A DNA stretch of 64,000 nucleotides, from IMG/VR virus record IMGVR_UViG_3300014494_000005, positions 62,001 through 126,000 of that record; one strand, written 5' to 3'. Position numbers and translations under genes: made by a program. This document shows, piece after piece, positions 47,363 through 57,235 of this stretch. Each line of letters starts with the position of its first letter. Within the stretch, counting starts at the first letter, position 1. A model generated the notes under the pieces. The model did no database searches. It was not told the origin of the DNA and saw only the letters and a list, made by a program, of their open reading frames with translations.

Positions 47363-49156
47363 CTATTTTTTATGTTTATTTTTAATAATTTCGATTAAAT
47401 CATTAATAATACTTTGATTAATGTCTGATTCGGATTTTTTCCCATCAATTACCATTGAAAGTTCTTGATGTTTCTTTTCACATAAATCGAAAACGTATTC
47501 ATCTATAGTATCTTTATATACAAAAAAATATGCATTAACTGCATTGCGCTGATTTATGCGATAAATTCGAAAAACTATCTGGTCCATATCAGAAGGTGTC
47601 CACGGTACTGTAATAATACCAATCTTATTTGCTGCTGTTAATGTAAGTCCTTCAGAAATTGTACTTTGAGAACCCAATAATAATTTGGTTTTTCCATTTT
47701 CATCTTGAAAATCTCTAACAATTTCGGCTCTTTCAGTATCAGAAACATCTCCAATATGAAGTTTTGATATTTCAGGATATTTATCATGTAATTCATGTAA
47801 ACTTTTTTTGAAAAAATCTACAATTACTAATTTATCGCCACATTCTAAAATTGAATCTATTAATTCTCTCACACTATTTGTTTTCAAATGACTAGTATAT
47901 TCTCGTAACTTACTTAATATTGCTAATGGATGTATGATTTTTTTATCATTAAACTCATTAATTGTTCCATCTTCTAATTCATAATATATTTCATATTCTT
48001 TAGGTGTCATTTCAAGAACTATTTTTTGTACTGTTTTCTCTGGCAAATCGAGAAGCATTTCTTCAAGTTTTTTTCTGTATGTAAATGGGCTTATTTTATT
48101 AAATAATTCTTCGAATTTTGTTAAACTAATATCTGTTTCCCAACCAAAGCCATCAATATTATACGACATTCCACAATAAATTTTATAAAATTTATCTTTT
48201 GTTGGAAATTCTAATGGTGAAATTTGATGTAACACGCTATATAACTGATATGCGTGCGATTTTGCTGGAGTCCCGGACATAAAAATTTTTGATATTTTTC
48301 CATCATTAAAAATATCGTCTTTAAATAATCTTTTAAACGCTTTATACGTATTTGTTGAGGTTGAAGAAATACGATGACACTCATCTGCAATTAAACAATC
48401 TATTTTACCTATATTTAATTTATCAAACTTATCTTTTACCTTATTAAAATCAGATGAATTAAAATAATCATAATTGAAGATAATGTATTTACTATTTTCA
48501 ATATTACACGTATTTTTTTTACCAACAATAAAAACTTGTGAATTGTTTGAAAATTTTTTTACTTCATTTAAGTAATTGTATTTCAATGAGTTGGGTGTTA
48601 TAACAATTACTTTTTTAAAATCATTCATTTCTACATAACCTATTGAGATTAAAGTTTTTCCTGAACCCATCCCTAGAGCTAATAATGCATTTCTTACTAC
48701 ATTTAAAAACATTATTCCTACAACTTGATGTTTAAATAATGTTATATTTGGTTTTAAATTTTTTTGTACAACATCTATATATTTTTCATAAGTTTCTTCT
48801 AATTCTTGCTTGTATTTAACCCAAAATTCTTTCTTAATATTTAATTCGGCAATAAATTTACGTTTCTCTGCTTCAGCAATTTCAAGTTTTTGTATTTGTT
48901 GAATGAAAATATTTCGACTATCATCATTACCAAAGTCAAAATGAATTTTATTTGAACCTTTATATTTTTTGATTAAAGAAAATAATGACATTGTAGTTAC
49001 TTCCCATACCATCATACCAGCATTCCATTTACGAGTTTCTTCAGGTAATGATTTAAGATTATTTATTAATCCTTCATTATATTGAAACCTAAGATAATAT
49101 GCTTGTCTTTTAGAAATTCTTTCACAACAAACTATGAATGGGGGTAGTGATTGCAT
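47363..49156 (-). CDS. SNF2-family helicase with N-terminal HARP-like domain
   Basis: LGMGSGKT (Walker A), IADECH (Walker B), SGTP, EGLTLT, W.P..MDQ...RIYRINQ. ATG start 49156 (MQSLPP). Confidence 0.9.
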   Translation of the reverse strand: MQSLPPFIVCCERISKRQAYYLRFQYNEGLINNLKSLPEETRKWNAGMMVWEVTTMSLFSLIKKYKGSNKIHFDFGNDDSRNIFIQQIQKLEIAEAEKRKFIAELNIKKEFWVKYKQELEETYEKYIDVVQKNLKPNITLFKHQVVGIMFLNVVRNALLALGMGSGKTLISIGYVEMNDFKKVIVITPNSLKYNYLNEVKKFSNNSQVFIVGKKNTCNIENSKYIIFNYDYFNSSDFNKVKDKFDKLNIGKIDCLIADECHRISSTSTNTYKAFKRLFKDDIFNDGKISKIFMSGTPAKSHAYQLYSVLHQISPLEFPTKDKFYKIYCGMSYNIDGFGWETDISLTKFEELFNKISPFTYRKKLEEMLLDLPEKTVQKIVLEMTPKEYEIYYELEDGTINEFNDKKIIHPLAILSKLREYTSHLKTNSVRELIDSILECGDKLVIVDFFKKSLHELHDKYPEISKLHIGDVSDTERAEIVRDFQDENGKTKLLLGSQSTISEGLTLTAANKIGIITVPWTPSDMDQIVFRIYRINQRNAVNAYFFVYKDTIDEYVFDLCEKKHQELSMVIDGKKSESDINQSIINDLIEIIKNKHKK

Positions 49157-49177
49157 ATAACTTTTTGACTTTACATG

Positions 49178-49208
49178 CAAAGATAATTAAAAAAATTTAA
49201 ATGTCAAT
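49178..49208 (-). promoter_or_regulatory. Bacteroidota-type promoter upstream of SNF2 helicase
   Basis: Sense ATTG (49208-49205), N19, TATCTTTG (49185-49178). Confidence 0.55.
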
Positions 49209-49215
49209 TAATATT

Positions 49216-49638
49216 TTAAATTACTGTGGTTTTTGTAATACTATTAGATATTATAACATTTATATATCCATTAACAGGTAATGTTATTTTACCGCAACCG
49301 CCCTCATTTCCAGATGAAATAAAGTCTAATTTAAATTCCATTTTATAATTACCTGCTTTTCTTGTATCTCTTAACTTAAACCTATATGTTAATGTATATT
49401 TTTCTTCTGCAGGAAAATCTGGTCTATCATTATTAACAACAAGATTTGCTGGTGCGTTAGCAATTCGATATAATCCATTTTCATCAATCATTGATACAGT
49501 AACTGCAACATTTTCTAACATATCTGCAGTAATATCATATTGTTCTAATGTATGTTGAATTAATGGATATTTTAATTCAGGAAGTGTGCTATCTTTCTTA
49601 ATAAAAAAATTATTAATATTAAATGTTGAATAGTCCAT
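49216..49638 (-). CDS. BppU-like baseplate upper/Ig-fold protein
   Basis: FFIKKDSTLP.L...L; Y.F...DT..AG.Y..EF.L...ITLP..GYI.V.I. Confidence 0.55.
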   Translation of the reverse strand: MDYSTFNINNFFIKKDSTLPELKYPLIQHTLEQYDITADMLENVAVTVSMIDENGLYRIANAPANLVVNNDRPDFPAEEKYTLTYRFKLRDTRKAGNYKMEFKLDFISSGNEGGCGKITLPVNGYINVIISNSITKTTVI

Positions 49639-49640
49639 TT

Positions 49641-49952
49641 TTATTTATCAGTTTTAGTACTACTATCAGTATTGTCTATATTATTTATTTTATTATCTAT
49701 CAACTTACCGTCATTTTCAATTGTTTTCGCTTTGTTTTTACCATAAATAACACTACCTAAAAATAATGAATTAGCACCAATTACTGCTGCAATTTCAACT
49801 CCAGTATATTTAATAATATGAATTGCGAACTTTATATCTATAGTAAGTAATCCAGTTAATGTAGTTAATGCAGTTAATATAAATATTAATCTCATACTAC
49901 TTTCAGAACCACTACCTCTAAAAAAATTTGCAATAAAATTAGTTAATTTCAT
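49641..49952 (-). CDS. Small membrane protein, possible holin
   Basis: ESSMRL followed by two hydrophobic segments and a charged C-tail. Confidence 0.45.
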   Translation of the reverse strand: MKLTNFIANFFRGSGSESSMRLIFILTALTTLTGLLTIDIKFAIHIIKYTGVEIAAVIGANSLFLGSVIYGKNKAKTIENDGKLIDNKINNIDNTDSSTKTDK

Positions 49953-49967
49953 GATTATATTTTTAAT

Positions 49968-49976
49968 TATAAATAC
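49968..49976 (-). promoter_or_regulatory. Phage GTATTTATA upstream motif
   Basis: 16 nt before ATG 49952. Confidence 0.7.
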
Positions 49977-49988
49977 TAATATTTTATT

Positions 49989-50660
49989 TTAAAAAAATGA
50001 AACTTCACAATAAGTAATAACAATTTTTCCACTTGCTCCTGTACCACCAATTGATGTTCCACCCGTATATGCTCTAATAGCACCACCACCTCCACCACCC
50101 GGAGCAGTACCCGGATAACCATTTGAACTAGGTAATGTTATAGTACCATTTCCACCTGCACCACCACCAGCTACTCCTCCAGTACCACCTGAAGCCATAA
50201 TTGCGTTTCCACCAGCATTTTTATTTCCAGCAGCACCGCCACCTCCACCACCTCTTGGAGCACCAAGAATACCACCCGGATAACTATTTGCACCATTTCC
50301 ACCATTATATTTTATAGTTCCTGTACCACTACTTGCTTGTCCACCTTGTGTACCTCCCGTACTATCAAGTATTACTCCTGTACCACCTTTTGCAACAACA
50401 GTAGTAACATTAAAACTACTATCACCACCATTTATACCTGCAGCACCACCACTTCCAACTATAATAGTATAACCAGAACCGGGAATAACATTAACAAAAC
50501 CACTTGAATATGCACCACCACCTGCTCCACCACCACCATATGTAATAGTTGTCTTTGTTGCACCACCACCACCAGCACCCCAACATTCAACTCTTATTTG
50601 TGTTAGATATAATGGACATGTCCAAATAAAAGTACCTGATGTATTATATGTTATAACCAT
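49989..50660 (-). CDS. Glycine-rich tail-associated protein
   Basis: GTFIWTCP.....VECWGAGGGG...GGGGGGA...GASGKIVITY. Confidence 0.75.
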   Translation of the reverse strand: MVITYNTSGTFIWTCPLYLTQIRVECWGAGGGGATKTTITYGGGGAGGGAYSSGFVNVIPGSGYTIIVGSGGAAGINGGDSSFNVTTVVAKGGTGVILDSTGGTQGGQASSGTGTIKYNGGNGANSYPGGILGAPRGGGGGGAAGNKNAGGNAIMASGGTGGVAGGGAGGNGTITLPSSNGYPGTAPGGGGGGAIRAYTGGTSIGGTGASGKIVITYCEVSFF

Positions 50661-50662
50661 TA

Positions 50663-53600
50663 TTATATATTTAATCCTACTAAATAACCATCATAAGTAT
50701 TACTTGATGTACTAAAGAAACCCAATACATCACGTTTACTTGCTGTTGTTGTTAATATTGGAGCAGTACCACCTGCCCATCTAATTGTACTAAACCAAGT
50801 AACTGTACGTCCACCAACACCATCTTGTGTAATATGTACAAAAAATTTTAATCCGTTTGTTGCGTTAGATACTGCAATTGTTATATTTCCTGCTGGCATT
50901 GTAATTTGATGATTCATTACCCTTGCATCAATAGTAACAGTAGCACCTGTACCGGGTGTATAACCACTATAACTTATTAATGATATTTTATTTGTATCAC
51001 TTGGATGTACATGGTCTTGTCTTGACCAATATGTTGAACTACCACTTGTTGCTGTACTATCCATTAATGGAAGTGCAGTACTACCTTGTTTGATATACCA
51101 TGCTGTTGTTGCAATACAAGTACTATTATTATTTACTGCAGGAGTAGGAGCGAATGCACTTGTTCCACCAGAAATCAATGGACTTTTTATACATGATGTA
51201 CCGCAAACAATAGGTGAACATACTCTTGTACTACCTGTTATTATTGGTGAACATATATAAGTACTTGCATTAATATTACCAGTTACAGATAAAGTACTAC
51301 CATTAAAAGTCATATTAGGTTGTGAACATATACAACTCATATTAACATATGTACCAACACCATTAGCAGTAGTACCTACCCAACAGAAAGGAACTGATGC
51401 TGCTTGATTACACCAACAACCTGTTCCATCTGCTGCCGAAGTTAAAACTTTTCCTATACCAGCACCTGTTTTTATTCTAATAACTGATGTTATCATACAA
51501 GTTGAACCTGATATAATAGCACCACTTACACATGAAGTACCACATACTATTGGAGAACATACTCTTGTTGAACCTGTTATTATAGTTCCTTTTACTGTAC
51601 CTGTTGAACATAATAATGCTGTTTGAACACATGAAGTACCACATACTATTGGAGAACATACTCTTGTTGAACCTGTTATTATAGTTCCTTTTAATGTACC
51701 ACTCATTGTACCACCACTTGTAAATAATTTACTTGTATCACTTGGATGTGTATGGTCTTGTTTTGCCCATAATGTTGAAGTACCAACTGTAGCAGTACCA
51801 TCCATTAAAGGCATTGCTGTTGCACATTGACCAATATACCATGCACTATTTATTACACAATTACTATTATCATTTGTTGCTGGTGTACATACATTAACTA
51901 CACCTGTAAATGTCACGCCACTTATATTTGCTTTTTTATTTAATATTGCATTTGTTGTTCCAGTATAACCACTTACAAATGACTTTGAAGCAAAAGTATT
52001 AGGTGCTGTTGTTCCAGTATAACCACTTACAAATGACTTTGAAGCAAAAGTATTAGGTGCTGTTATTCCAGTATAACCACTTACAAATGATTTACTTGCA
52101 TATGTTGCAGGTGCTGTTGTACCAGTATATGTTTGATATATACTTGTATTTAATTTACTTGTTAAAGTAGTACTAAGTGTACCACTATTAACATTTACAT
52201 TAAAACTATTACCTGACCAACAAATACTGTTTCCTGCAAGACTTGAACCATTTAAATTAATAACACCAGTACTATATTGTAAACCAATTCCTGCAATGGC
52301 TGAATTTACATATAAACCACTTACATCACTACATAAACTTGAATTGCTTGCTAATTTAACTGCAATATTATAGTTTCCACCTACTGATGTAACACAAATA
52401 CCATTACCACTAACAGTACCTTGGGTAGAATTGAATAATACAAATGTTAAAGGTGTAATTCCAATATAAATTGGGTTAGGTGTTGTGAGAATCCATGAAG
52501 TATTTTTATTGGTTGCACCACTGATAACTGACATATAAGCACCTGAAACAACATCACCAAAAACTGAGCCATTAAAATCTGATGCACGACCCCAATTGGT
52601 TGTTGATGCGGTATAAACACCATTTGTAGCACCACTTGCTTGATTTTTAACTAAAACTCTCATACCTATGGTAAGTTGAACACCACCAATTATTGTTAAA
52701 CCTGAAAGTGTTACAGGACCTGTTGTTGCTACTTCAACAGCAGCATGTACTTGTAAACCTGTTGCAACTGTATCAACATATGCTCTTGAAACCAAAGAAT
52801 TTGAACTGAAAGTACTACTATAATCATTATTATATTCAAAACCTCTTGGTATTGCTCTACTATCAGTAATTGTTACTTGAGTATTACTTAATTGAAAACG
52901 TATTGCTTCTGTACCATCACTTGTCATACCTTTTATAGAAATAGTACCACCACTGCTATAAAATTCCATACCACAACCATTTTTATCATATATTTGAGCA
53001 CCACATGAACTTGCAATATTAATTCTTCTACTTTGTAAACAAAAATCTTGATTTCCACAAATTATTATTGGTGCAGTTAATATACCACCAAGGCAAATAT
53101 TATGATTATCATATTTACAAATACCATTTGTTGCGCCAGTAATTACTTTAACGATTGCTGGTTGTGTACTACCAGTATATGCATTAAAATCACATGTTTT
53201 GAATAAAGTGTTGTTATTAGTACCACCGGAATTTAATATAAAATTACATAAATTTATATTATTTAAACAAGTACTTACTGGTAATTCTGGATTTCCAGTA
53301 AATATTGGACTTTCAAGAGATGAGAATGTTTTTCTTATTGTACTACCAGTTATAGTAAAATAAAAATTATAACCATCAAATTCAACTGCCCCCACTTCTG
53401 GACTACTAAGTAATGAACCACTTGTAAATTTAAGTGGTGCATTTGTTATAGTACCTGCTTTCAAATGTATAACAGCAGTTGGTACTATGCCAAAACCTGT
53501 GTTTCCAACAGCAGTAATTCTTACCTTTTCAGTCGGAACTGAATTAGTTGCAGTGTTAAATAATATATCACCATTATATGAACCAAGTAAACCATTACCT

Positions 53601-55840
53601 GTATATTGTGATATAATTGAGTTTACTGTTGCACCAGTATTAGCAATACGTGCTCTGAACCAAACGTGTCCAATTTCGTCACCATTTTGTACTCCACATA
53701 CTGAACATAAAGTACCTCTCGTCTTAACAATTGCTAAACCAGTACCAATCGCATCATTTGAACTTAATTTTATTCTTAAATCAGCAGCATTAGCATTATT
53801 GGAATCCATTTCAATAAGACTCTGACTACCAACAGCAACATCAAGAAAATTTGCTTCATTGATTTGAAATTTATTTAGTCTTGTTATTACGCCACCACCA
53901 ATATTTACACGACCTAAACTATCAACATACATATGTGGAACAGTATCATTTGGTGAAGACATTATTGCAAATCTATAATTACCACCACGAGCAAAACTAT
54001 TTGCAATAGGAGCAATGATTGGATTTGTTGTTGTTCTTATTCGTATCCAATATAAATAATTTTCATCTCCCGGTAAGTCAGACAAATCATCTTGAATCCA
54101 ATTTGTCATTAATGTACTATCCCATGATAATGAACCACTTTGTGTTAAATTTTTTGTACAATCTATATAATTATTATTAAAATTATTAATATCAACCCAC
54201 ATACTACCTGTCCAATATTCTGTAACTAAAATAATACCTGAAGCAATATTTAACATATTTACATAGATACTATCTATTTTAACTTGTGTTCCAAAATAAA
54301 TAGCATTAACAGTAGTACCAGAATTAAATATAATAACATCACCACCTAAAGTACTACTATTTGCTTCTGCAGTTATATTATTATAAATAATAGGATTTGC
54401 AGTATAATCTAATGTTTGTTGAACATCAGTAAAACCAACAGTTGATACAACAAAAGTTCCAATTGGTAATTGTCCAAAAGCGGCAAAAATAAATGTTGTT
54501 CCTAAACCATGTCCAGTAATATTTTTAAATTGAACTGTAATACCAGCATAAATTAATGTTGCACCAGTTGTACAACCGCTACTTATTGACCAAGCACTAA
54601 AAGTTTGTCCTTGGTCAATACTTATTTTCCATCTAAAAGTATCTGTTGTACCAGTAATACTATCAATTTCAAACTCAAAAATACTTATATAATTTCGAGT
54701 ATATATTCCACCAATCGATATATCATTTGGACCACCTATTACTAATGCAGCATGACTATTCATAATATTACTTGGGCTATTGACACCAAATCTACCAGTT
54801 TCTGAAATCACTATTGGACTATTATTATCGTCAATATTATAAAGATACCAAAATTTTGCATTTTCATCTCTATAAGTTTCTGCAAGCCATTTAGCAACGC
54901 CATTTTCTGCCCATTGAACATTTTTATCAACATCTAAAGAACCGTCTATAATAAGCGCATTAGTTTCAGTACCAATTAAATCACCAATAGTATCTATTCC
55001 ATATGCATGTACAAGACCTTTTGGTGTTATTGTTCCAAAACCAGTTAATCCACTTATTGTATTTATTGTAATAATTGGCGTTATACCATCTGCTTTATTA
55101 ATTGTAATGGCAGATACTGTGTCACCAGTTGGTCTAATTTTACTTGAAACTAAACCCCCATTAAAACTACTTTCAATATTTGTACTAGCATTAATTTCAG
55201 TAACTTGTTGCAAACCTGTTGAACCAGTATAATTATTAATTTGAGTCTTATTGTAATAATTTGTAGGTAATGTAGTACCAGTAAAGTTATTAAAATTAAT
55301 TATATTTAATTTAGTTCCAATTAATGTATTTGTTTTACCAGTATAGCTATTAATTTGTGCTTTATTATAATAAAATGTTGGTAATGTAGTACCCGTAAAG
55401 TTATTAAAAACACTGACATCTACTTTAGTATTTAAATCAGTAAGATACGCTAAAGTACCATCCGAATTTTGAATAGTTAAATTTCTAAAATTATTTGTAC
55501 TAATACCTGATGTAATAAACATTACACCTTTAGCATTATCTACACTATCATATATTTGAAAATTATTTGATTTAAAATAATCAGGTGTATCACCAAGAAA
55601 TTTCCAACTACTACCATTACTAAAATAAAATCCAGATGATTTTCTATTAGCAACATAAGTGCCACTACCACTTCTAACAACATAAATTTTACCACTTGAC
55701 GTACCTGCAGCAGGTAAATCTGTATATAAATTTACTTGTGGATATGTTGAACCTGTTGTTGGTGTACTTCCGCTACCACTGAAATTACCATTAAATAAAA
55801 ATATGTTTCCAGATAACAAATCTACTGTGAAAGTTGCCAT
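50663..55840 (-). CDS. Long tail fibre protein (~1725 aa)
   Basis: Modular Gly/Thr/Cys-rich repeats, VATT...RVLVKNQ module, QDHxHP modules, C-terminal QD..GGRTVTW...WAGG..P.LT domain. Start moved to MATFTVD (55840), 15 nt from the motif. Confidence 0.85.
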   Translation of the reverse strand: MATFTVDLLSGNIFLFNGNFSGSGSTPTTGSTYPQVNLYTDLPAAGTSSGKIYVVRSGSGTYVANRKSSGFYFSNGSSWKFLGDTPDYFKSNNFQIYDSVDNAKGVMFITSGISTNNFRNLTIQNSDGTLAYLTDLNTKVDVSVFNNFTGTTLPTFYYNKAQINSYTGKTNTLIGTKLNIINFNNFTGTTLPTNYYNKTQINNYTGSTGLQQVTEINASTNIESSFNGGLVSSKIRPTGDTVSAITINKADGITPIITINTISGLTGFGTITPKGLVHAYGIDTIGDLIGTETNALIIDGSLDVDKNVQWAENGVAKWLAETYRDENAKFWYLYNIDDNNSPIVISETGRFGVNSPSNIMNSHAALVIGGPNDISIGGIYTRNYISIFEFEIDSITGTTDTFRWKISIDQGQTFSAWSISSGCTTGATLIYAGITVQFKNITGHGLGTTFIFAAFGQLPIGTFVVSTVGFTDVQQTLDYTANPIIYNNITAEANSSTLGGDVIIFNSGTTVNAIYFGTQVKIDSIYVNMLNIASGIILVTEYWTGSMWVDINNFNNNYIDCTKNLTQSGSLSWDSTLMTNWIQDDLSDLPGDENYLYWIRIRTTTNPIIAPIANSFARGGNYRFAIMSSPNDTVPHMYVDSLGRVNIGGGVITRLNKFQINEANFLDVAVGSQSLIEMDSNNANAADLRIKLSSNDAIGTGLAIVKTRGTLCSVCGVQNGDEIGHVWFRARIANTGATVNSIISQYTGNGLLGSYNGDILFNTATNSVPTEKVRITAVGNTGFGIVPTAVIHLKAGTITNAPLKFTSGSLLSSPEVGAVEFDGYNFYFTITGSTIRKTFSSLESPIFTGNPELPVSTCLNNINLCNFILNSGGTNNNTLFKTCDFNAYTGSTQPAIVKVITGATNGICKYDNHNICLGGILTAPIIICGNQDFCLQSRRINIASSCGAQIYDKNGCGMEFYSSGGTISIKGMTSDGTEAIRFQLSNTQVTITDSRAIPRGFEYNNDYSSTFSSNSLVSRAYVDTVATGLQVHAAVEVATTGPVTLSGLTIIGGVQLTIGMRVLVKNQASGATNGVYTASTTNWGRASDFNGSVFGDVVSGAYMSVISGATNKNTSWILTTPNPIYIGITPLTFVLFNSTQGTVSGNGICVTSVGGNYNIAVKLASNSSLCSDVSGLYVNSAIAGIGLQYSTGVINLNGSSLAGNSICWSGNSFNVNVNSGTLSTTLTSKLNTSIYQTYTGTTAPATYASKSFVSGYTGITAPNTFASKSFVSGYTGTTAPNTFASKSFVSGYTGTTNAILNKKANISGVTFTGVVNVCTPATNDNSNCVINSAWYIGQCATAMPLMDGTATVGTSTLWAKQDHTHPSDTSKLFTSGGTMSGTLKGTIITGSTRVCSPIVCGTSCVQTALLCSTGTVKGTIITGSTRVCSPIVCGTSCVSGAIISGSTCMITSVIRIKTGAGIGKVLTSAADGTGCWCNQAASVPFCWVGTTANGVGTYVNMSCICSQPNMTFNGSTLSVTGNINASTYICSPIITGSTRVCSPIVCGTSCIKSPLISGGTSAFAPTPAVNNNSTCIATTAWYIKQGSTALPLMDSTATSGSSTYWSRQDHVHPSDTNKISLISYSGYTPGTGATVTIDARVMNHQITMPAGNITIAVSNATNGLKFFVHITQDGVGGRTVTWFSTIRWAGGTAPILTTTASKRDVLGFFSTSSNTYDGYLVGLNI
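51528..51693. repeat. Direct repeat of ~67 bp, period 99, in long tail fibre
   Basis: Encodes KGTIITGSTRVCSPIVCGTSCV twice; a third diverged copy near 51195-51245. Confidence 0.85.
51960..52128. repeat. 54-bp tandem repeat x3 in long tail fibre
   Basis: ccagtataaccacttacaaatgactttgaagcaaaagtattaggtgctgtt(g/a)tt; encodes TG(T/I)TAPNTFASKSFVSGY. Confidence 0.9.
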
Positions 55841-55854
55841 TATAATATCTTTTT

Positions 55855-55863
55855 TATAAATAC
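55855..55863 (-). promoter_or_regulatory. Phage GTATTTATA upstream motif
   Basis: 15 nt before ATG 55840. Confidence 0.75.
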
Positions 55864-55928
55864 TAAATAGATTTAAATTGGCTTTTGTTTTTGCCAAAAT
55901 AAAAATGATTATTGTATTATATATAATC

Positions 55929-56177
55929 TTATGCCGAATATGTGAAACCAAATCTACAATCCCAAGCAAAACCAAATTCTTGAGAACCATTTGGAAAACC
56001 TATGCTCCATTCACTACCTGATTTACAAATTCTTTTTATTTTCCAAGTATCTTTACTTATGTCTTTACTATTTGCTGAAACACCAATATAAATTTCATTT
56101 GATGATACTTCATCAATCAACATTGGTGATTCAATATTAGAAGGTAATTGAATGCTAAAATCTAATCCTTGTGCCAT
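55929..56177 (-). CDS. Small tail-associated protein
   Basis: 82 aa; IYIG.......WKIKRI......F..AWD.R..FTY; own upstream motif. Confidence 0.6.
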   Translation of the reverse strand: MAQGLDFSIQLPSNIESPMLIDEVSSNEIYIGVSANSKDISKDTWKIKRICKSGSEWSIGFPNGSQEFGFAWDCRFGFTYSA

Positions 56178-56190
56178 AATTTTATTTTAA

Positions 56191-56199
56191 TATAAATAC
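56191..56199 (-). promoter_or_regulatory. Phage GTATTTATA upstream motif
   Basis: 14 nt before ATG 56177. Confidence 0.7.
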
Positions 56200-56230
56200 T
56201 TGAATTGTTACAACAAAATTCAATTCTAAT

Positions 56231-57142
56231 TTACTTTTGTTTATTAACTGCTTCAATAATTTTATTTATATCTAATACATTTACCGTATCATAAGGAAAC
56301 TGCTGTATCTGTCCTGCGATATCGAATTGGTCAAGATAACTAAATTTATTTAATTCTCTTACATAATTTGCACTTGGTATAACATTAATGTTTTCAGCAT
56401 AACCAAAAACTTCTGGTTTATTTCCAATCCATACAACAGTACTTTGTAAATCCAAAGCTGCTGCTACATGCTGAGCAAAACTATCGATAAATAATCTTTT
56501 AGTACTTAATGGAAATACTGCATATAATTCTCTATGTGGTAAATTAAGTTGTTCCACTCCTTGAAGAACTGGTTGTTCTGGAGATTTAATATGTAAAATC
56601 CTATATGATTTATTGAAATAATTTACAAGTTTTTGAGCAATTTCAATTGGCATATCTCTATACCAAGATTTTTTTGAATATTGTCCTTGTGGAGAACCAC
56701 CATGTGTTTGTAATAACATAATTGGTCTATTATCCGGTTTTATTTTATCTTTAGCAATTTCAATTTCTCTTGGATTTAAATATATTTTTGGTTTATATCC
56801 ATCATAAGGAATATTAAACATATCACACCAAGATTGTGTAAGATGTTTTCTTTGAAGAATATGGTCTTCACTATGATAAACTTCATGTCTGAAAATTTTA
56901 GTTGTTGGTCGAATAAAATCTGAAAAAAAGTACTGCATTTGACCAAAAGTATAAAATCTAAAAACGTCTGGATTATAAAAATAAGGTCCGTCCCATGCAC
57001 AAACAACCACAATTTTATATTCAGGATATGCTTTTTTTATTGCTCTTATTAAAGCACTAGACATTATACATTTACCATGACCACCTTCAACATGTACAAT
57101 TGCAAATTTATCATCATCTTTTATTTTGTCATCTATTATCAT
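56231..57142 (-). CDS. Glycosyltransferase (GT9 heptosyltransferase-like)
   Basis: GG.GK.IM..ALIRAIKKAYPE..I.V; FIDSFAQHVAAAL....VVW. Confidence 0.75.
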   Translation of the reverse strand: MIIDDKIKDDDKFAIVHVEGGHGKCIMSSALIRAIKKAYPEYKIVVVCAWDGPYFYNPDVFRFYTFGQMQYFFSDFIRPTTKIFRHEVYHSEDHILQRKHLTQSWCDMFNIPYDGYKPKIYLNPREIEIAKDKIKPDNRPIMLLQTHGGSPQGQYSKKSWYRDMPIEIAQKLVNYFNKSYRILHIKSPEQPVLQGVEQLNLPHRELYAVFPLSTKRLFIDSFAQHVAAALDLQSTVVWIGNKPEVFGYAENINVIPSANYVRELNKFSYLDQFDIAGQIQQFPYDTVNVLDINKIIEAVNKQK

Positions 57143-57186
57143 AAATTTTCTTATTTATCATACTATTATAATTTTTTATAATATTT

Positions 57187-57195
57187 TATAAATAC
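57187..57195 (-). promoter_or_regulatory. Phage GTATTTATA upstream motif
   Basis: 45 nt before ATG 57142. Confidence 0.6.
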
Positions 57196-57235
57196 TAAAA
57201 TATTTATAAAAAGTTAATAATATTAAAAATATTTT

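Noticed and set aside
55841-55990. N-terminal 50 codons of the 1775-aa track ORF (and similar extensions at 32499-32534, 49157-49180, 5689-5730)
   Set aside because: They overlap the upstream gene or span the promoter motif; downstream ATGs fit the motif spacing
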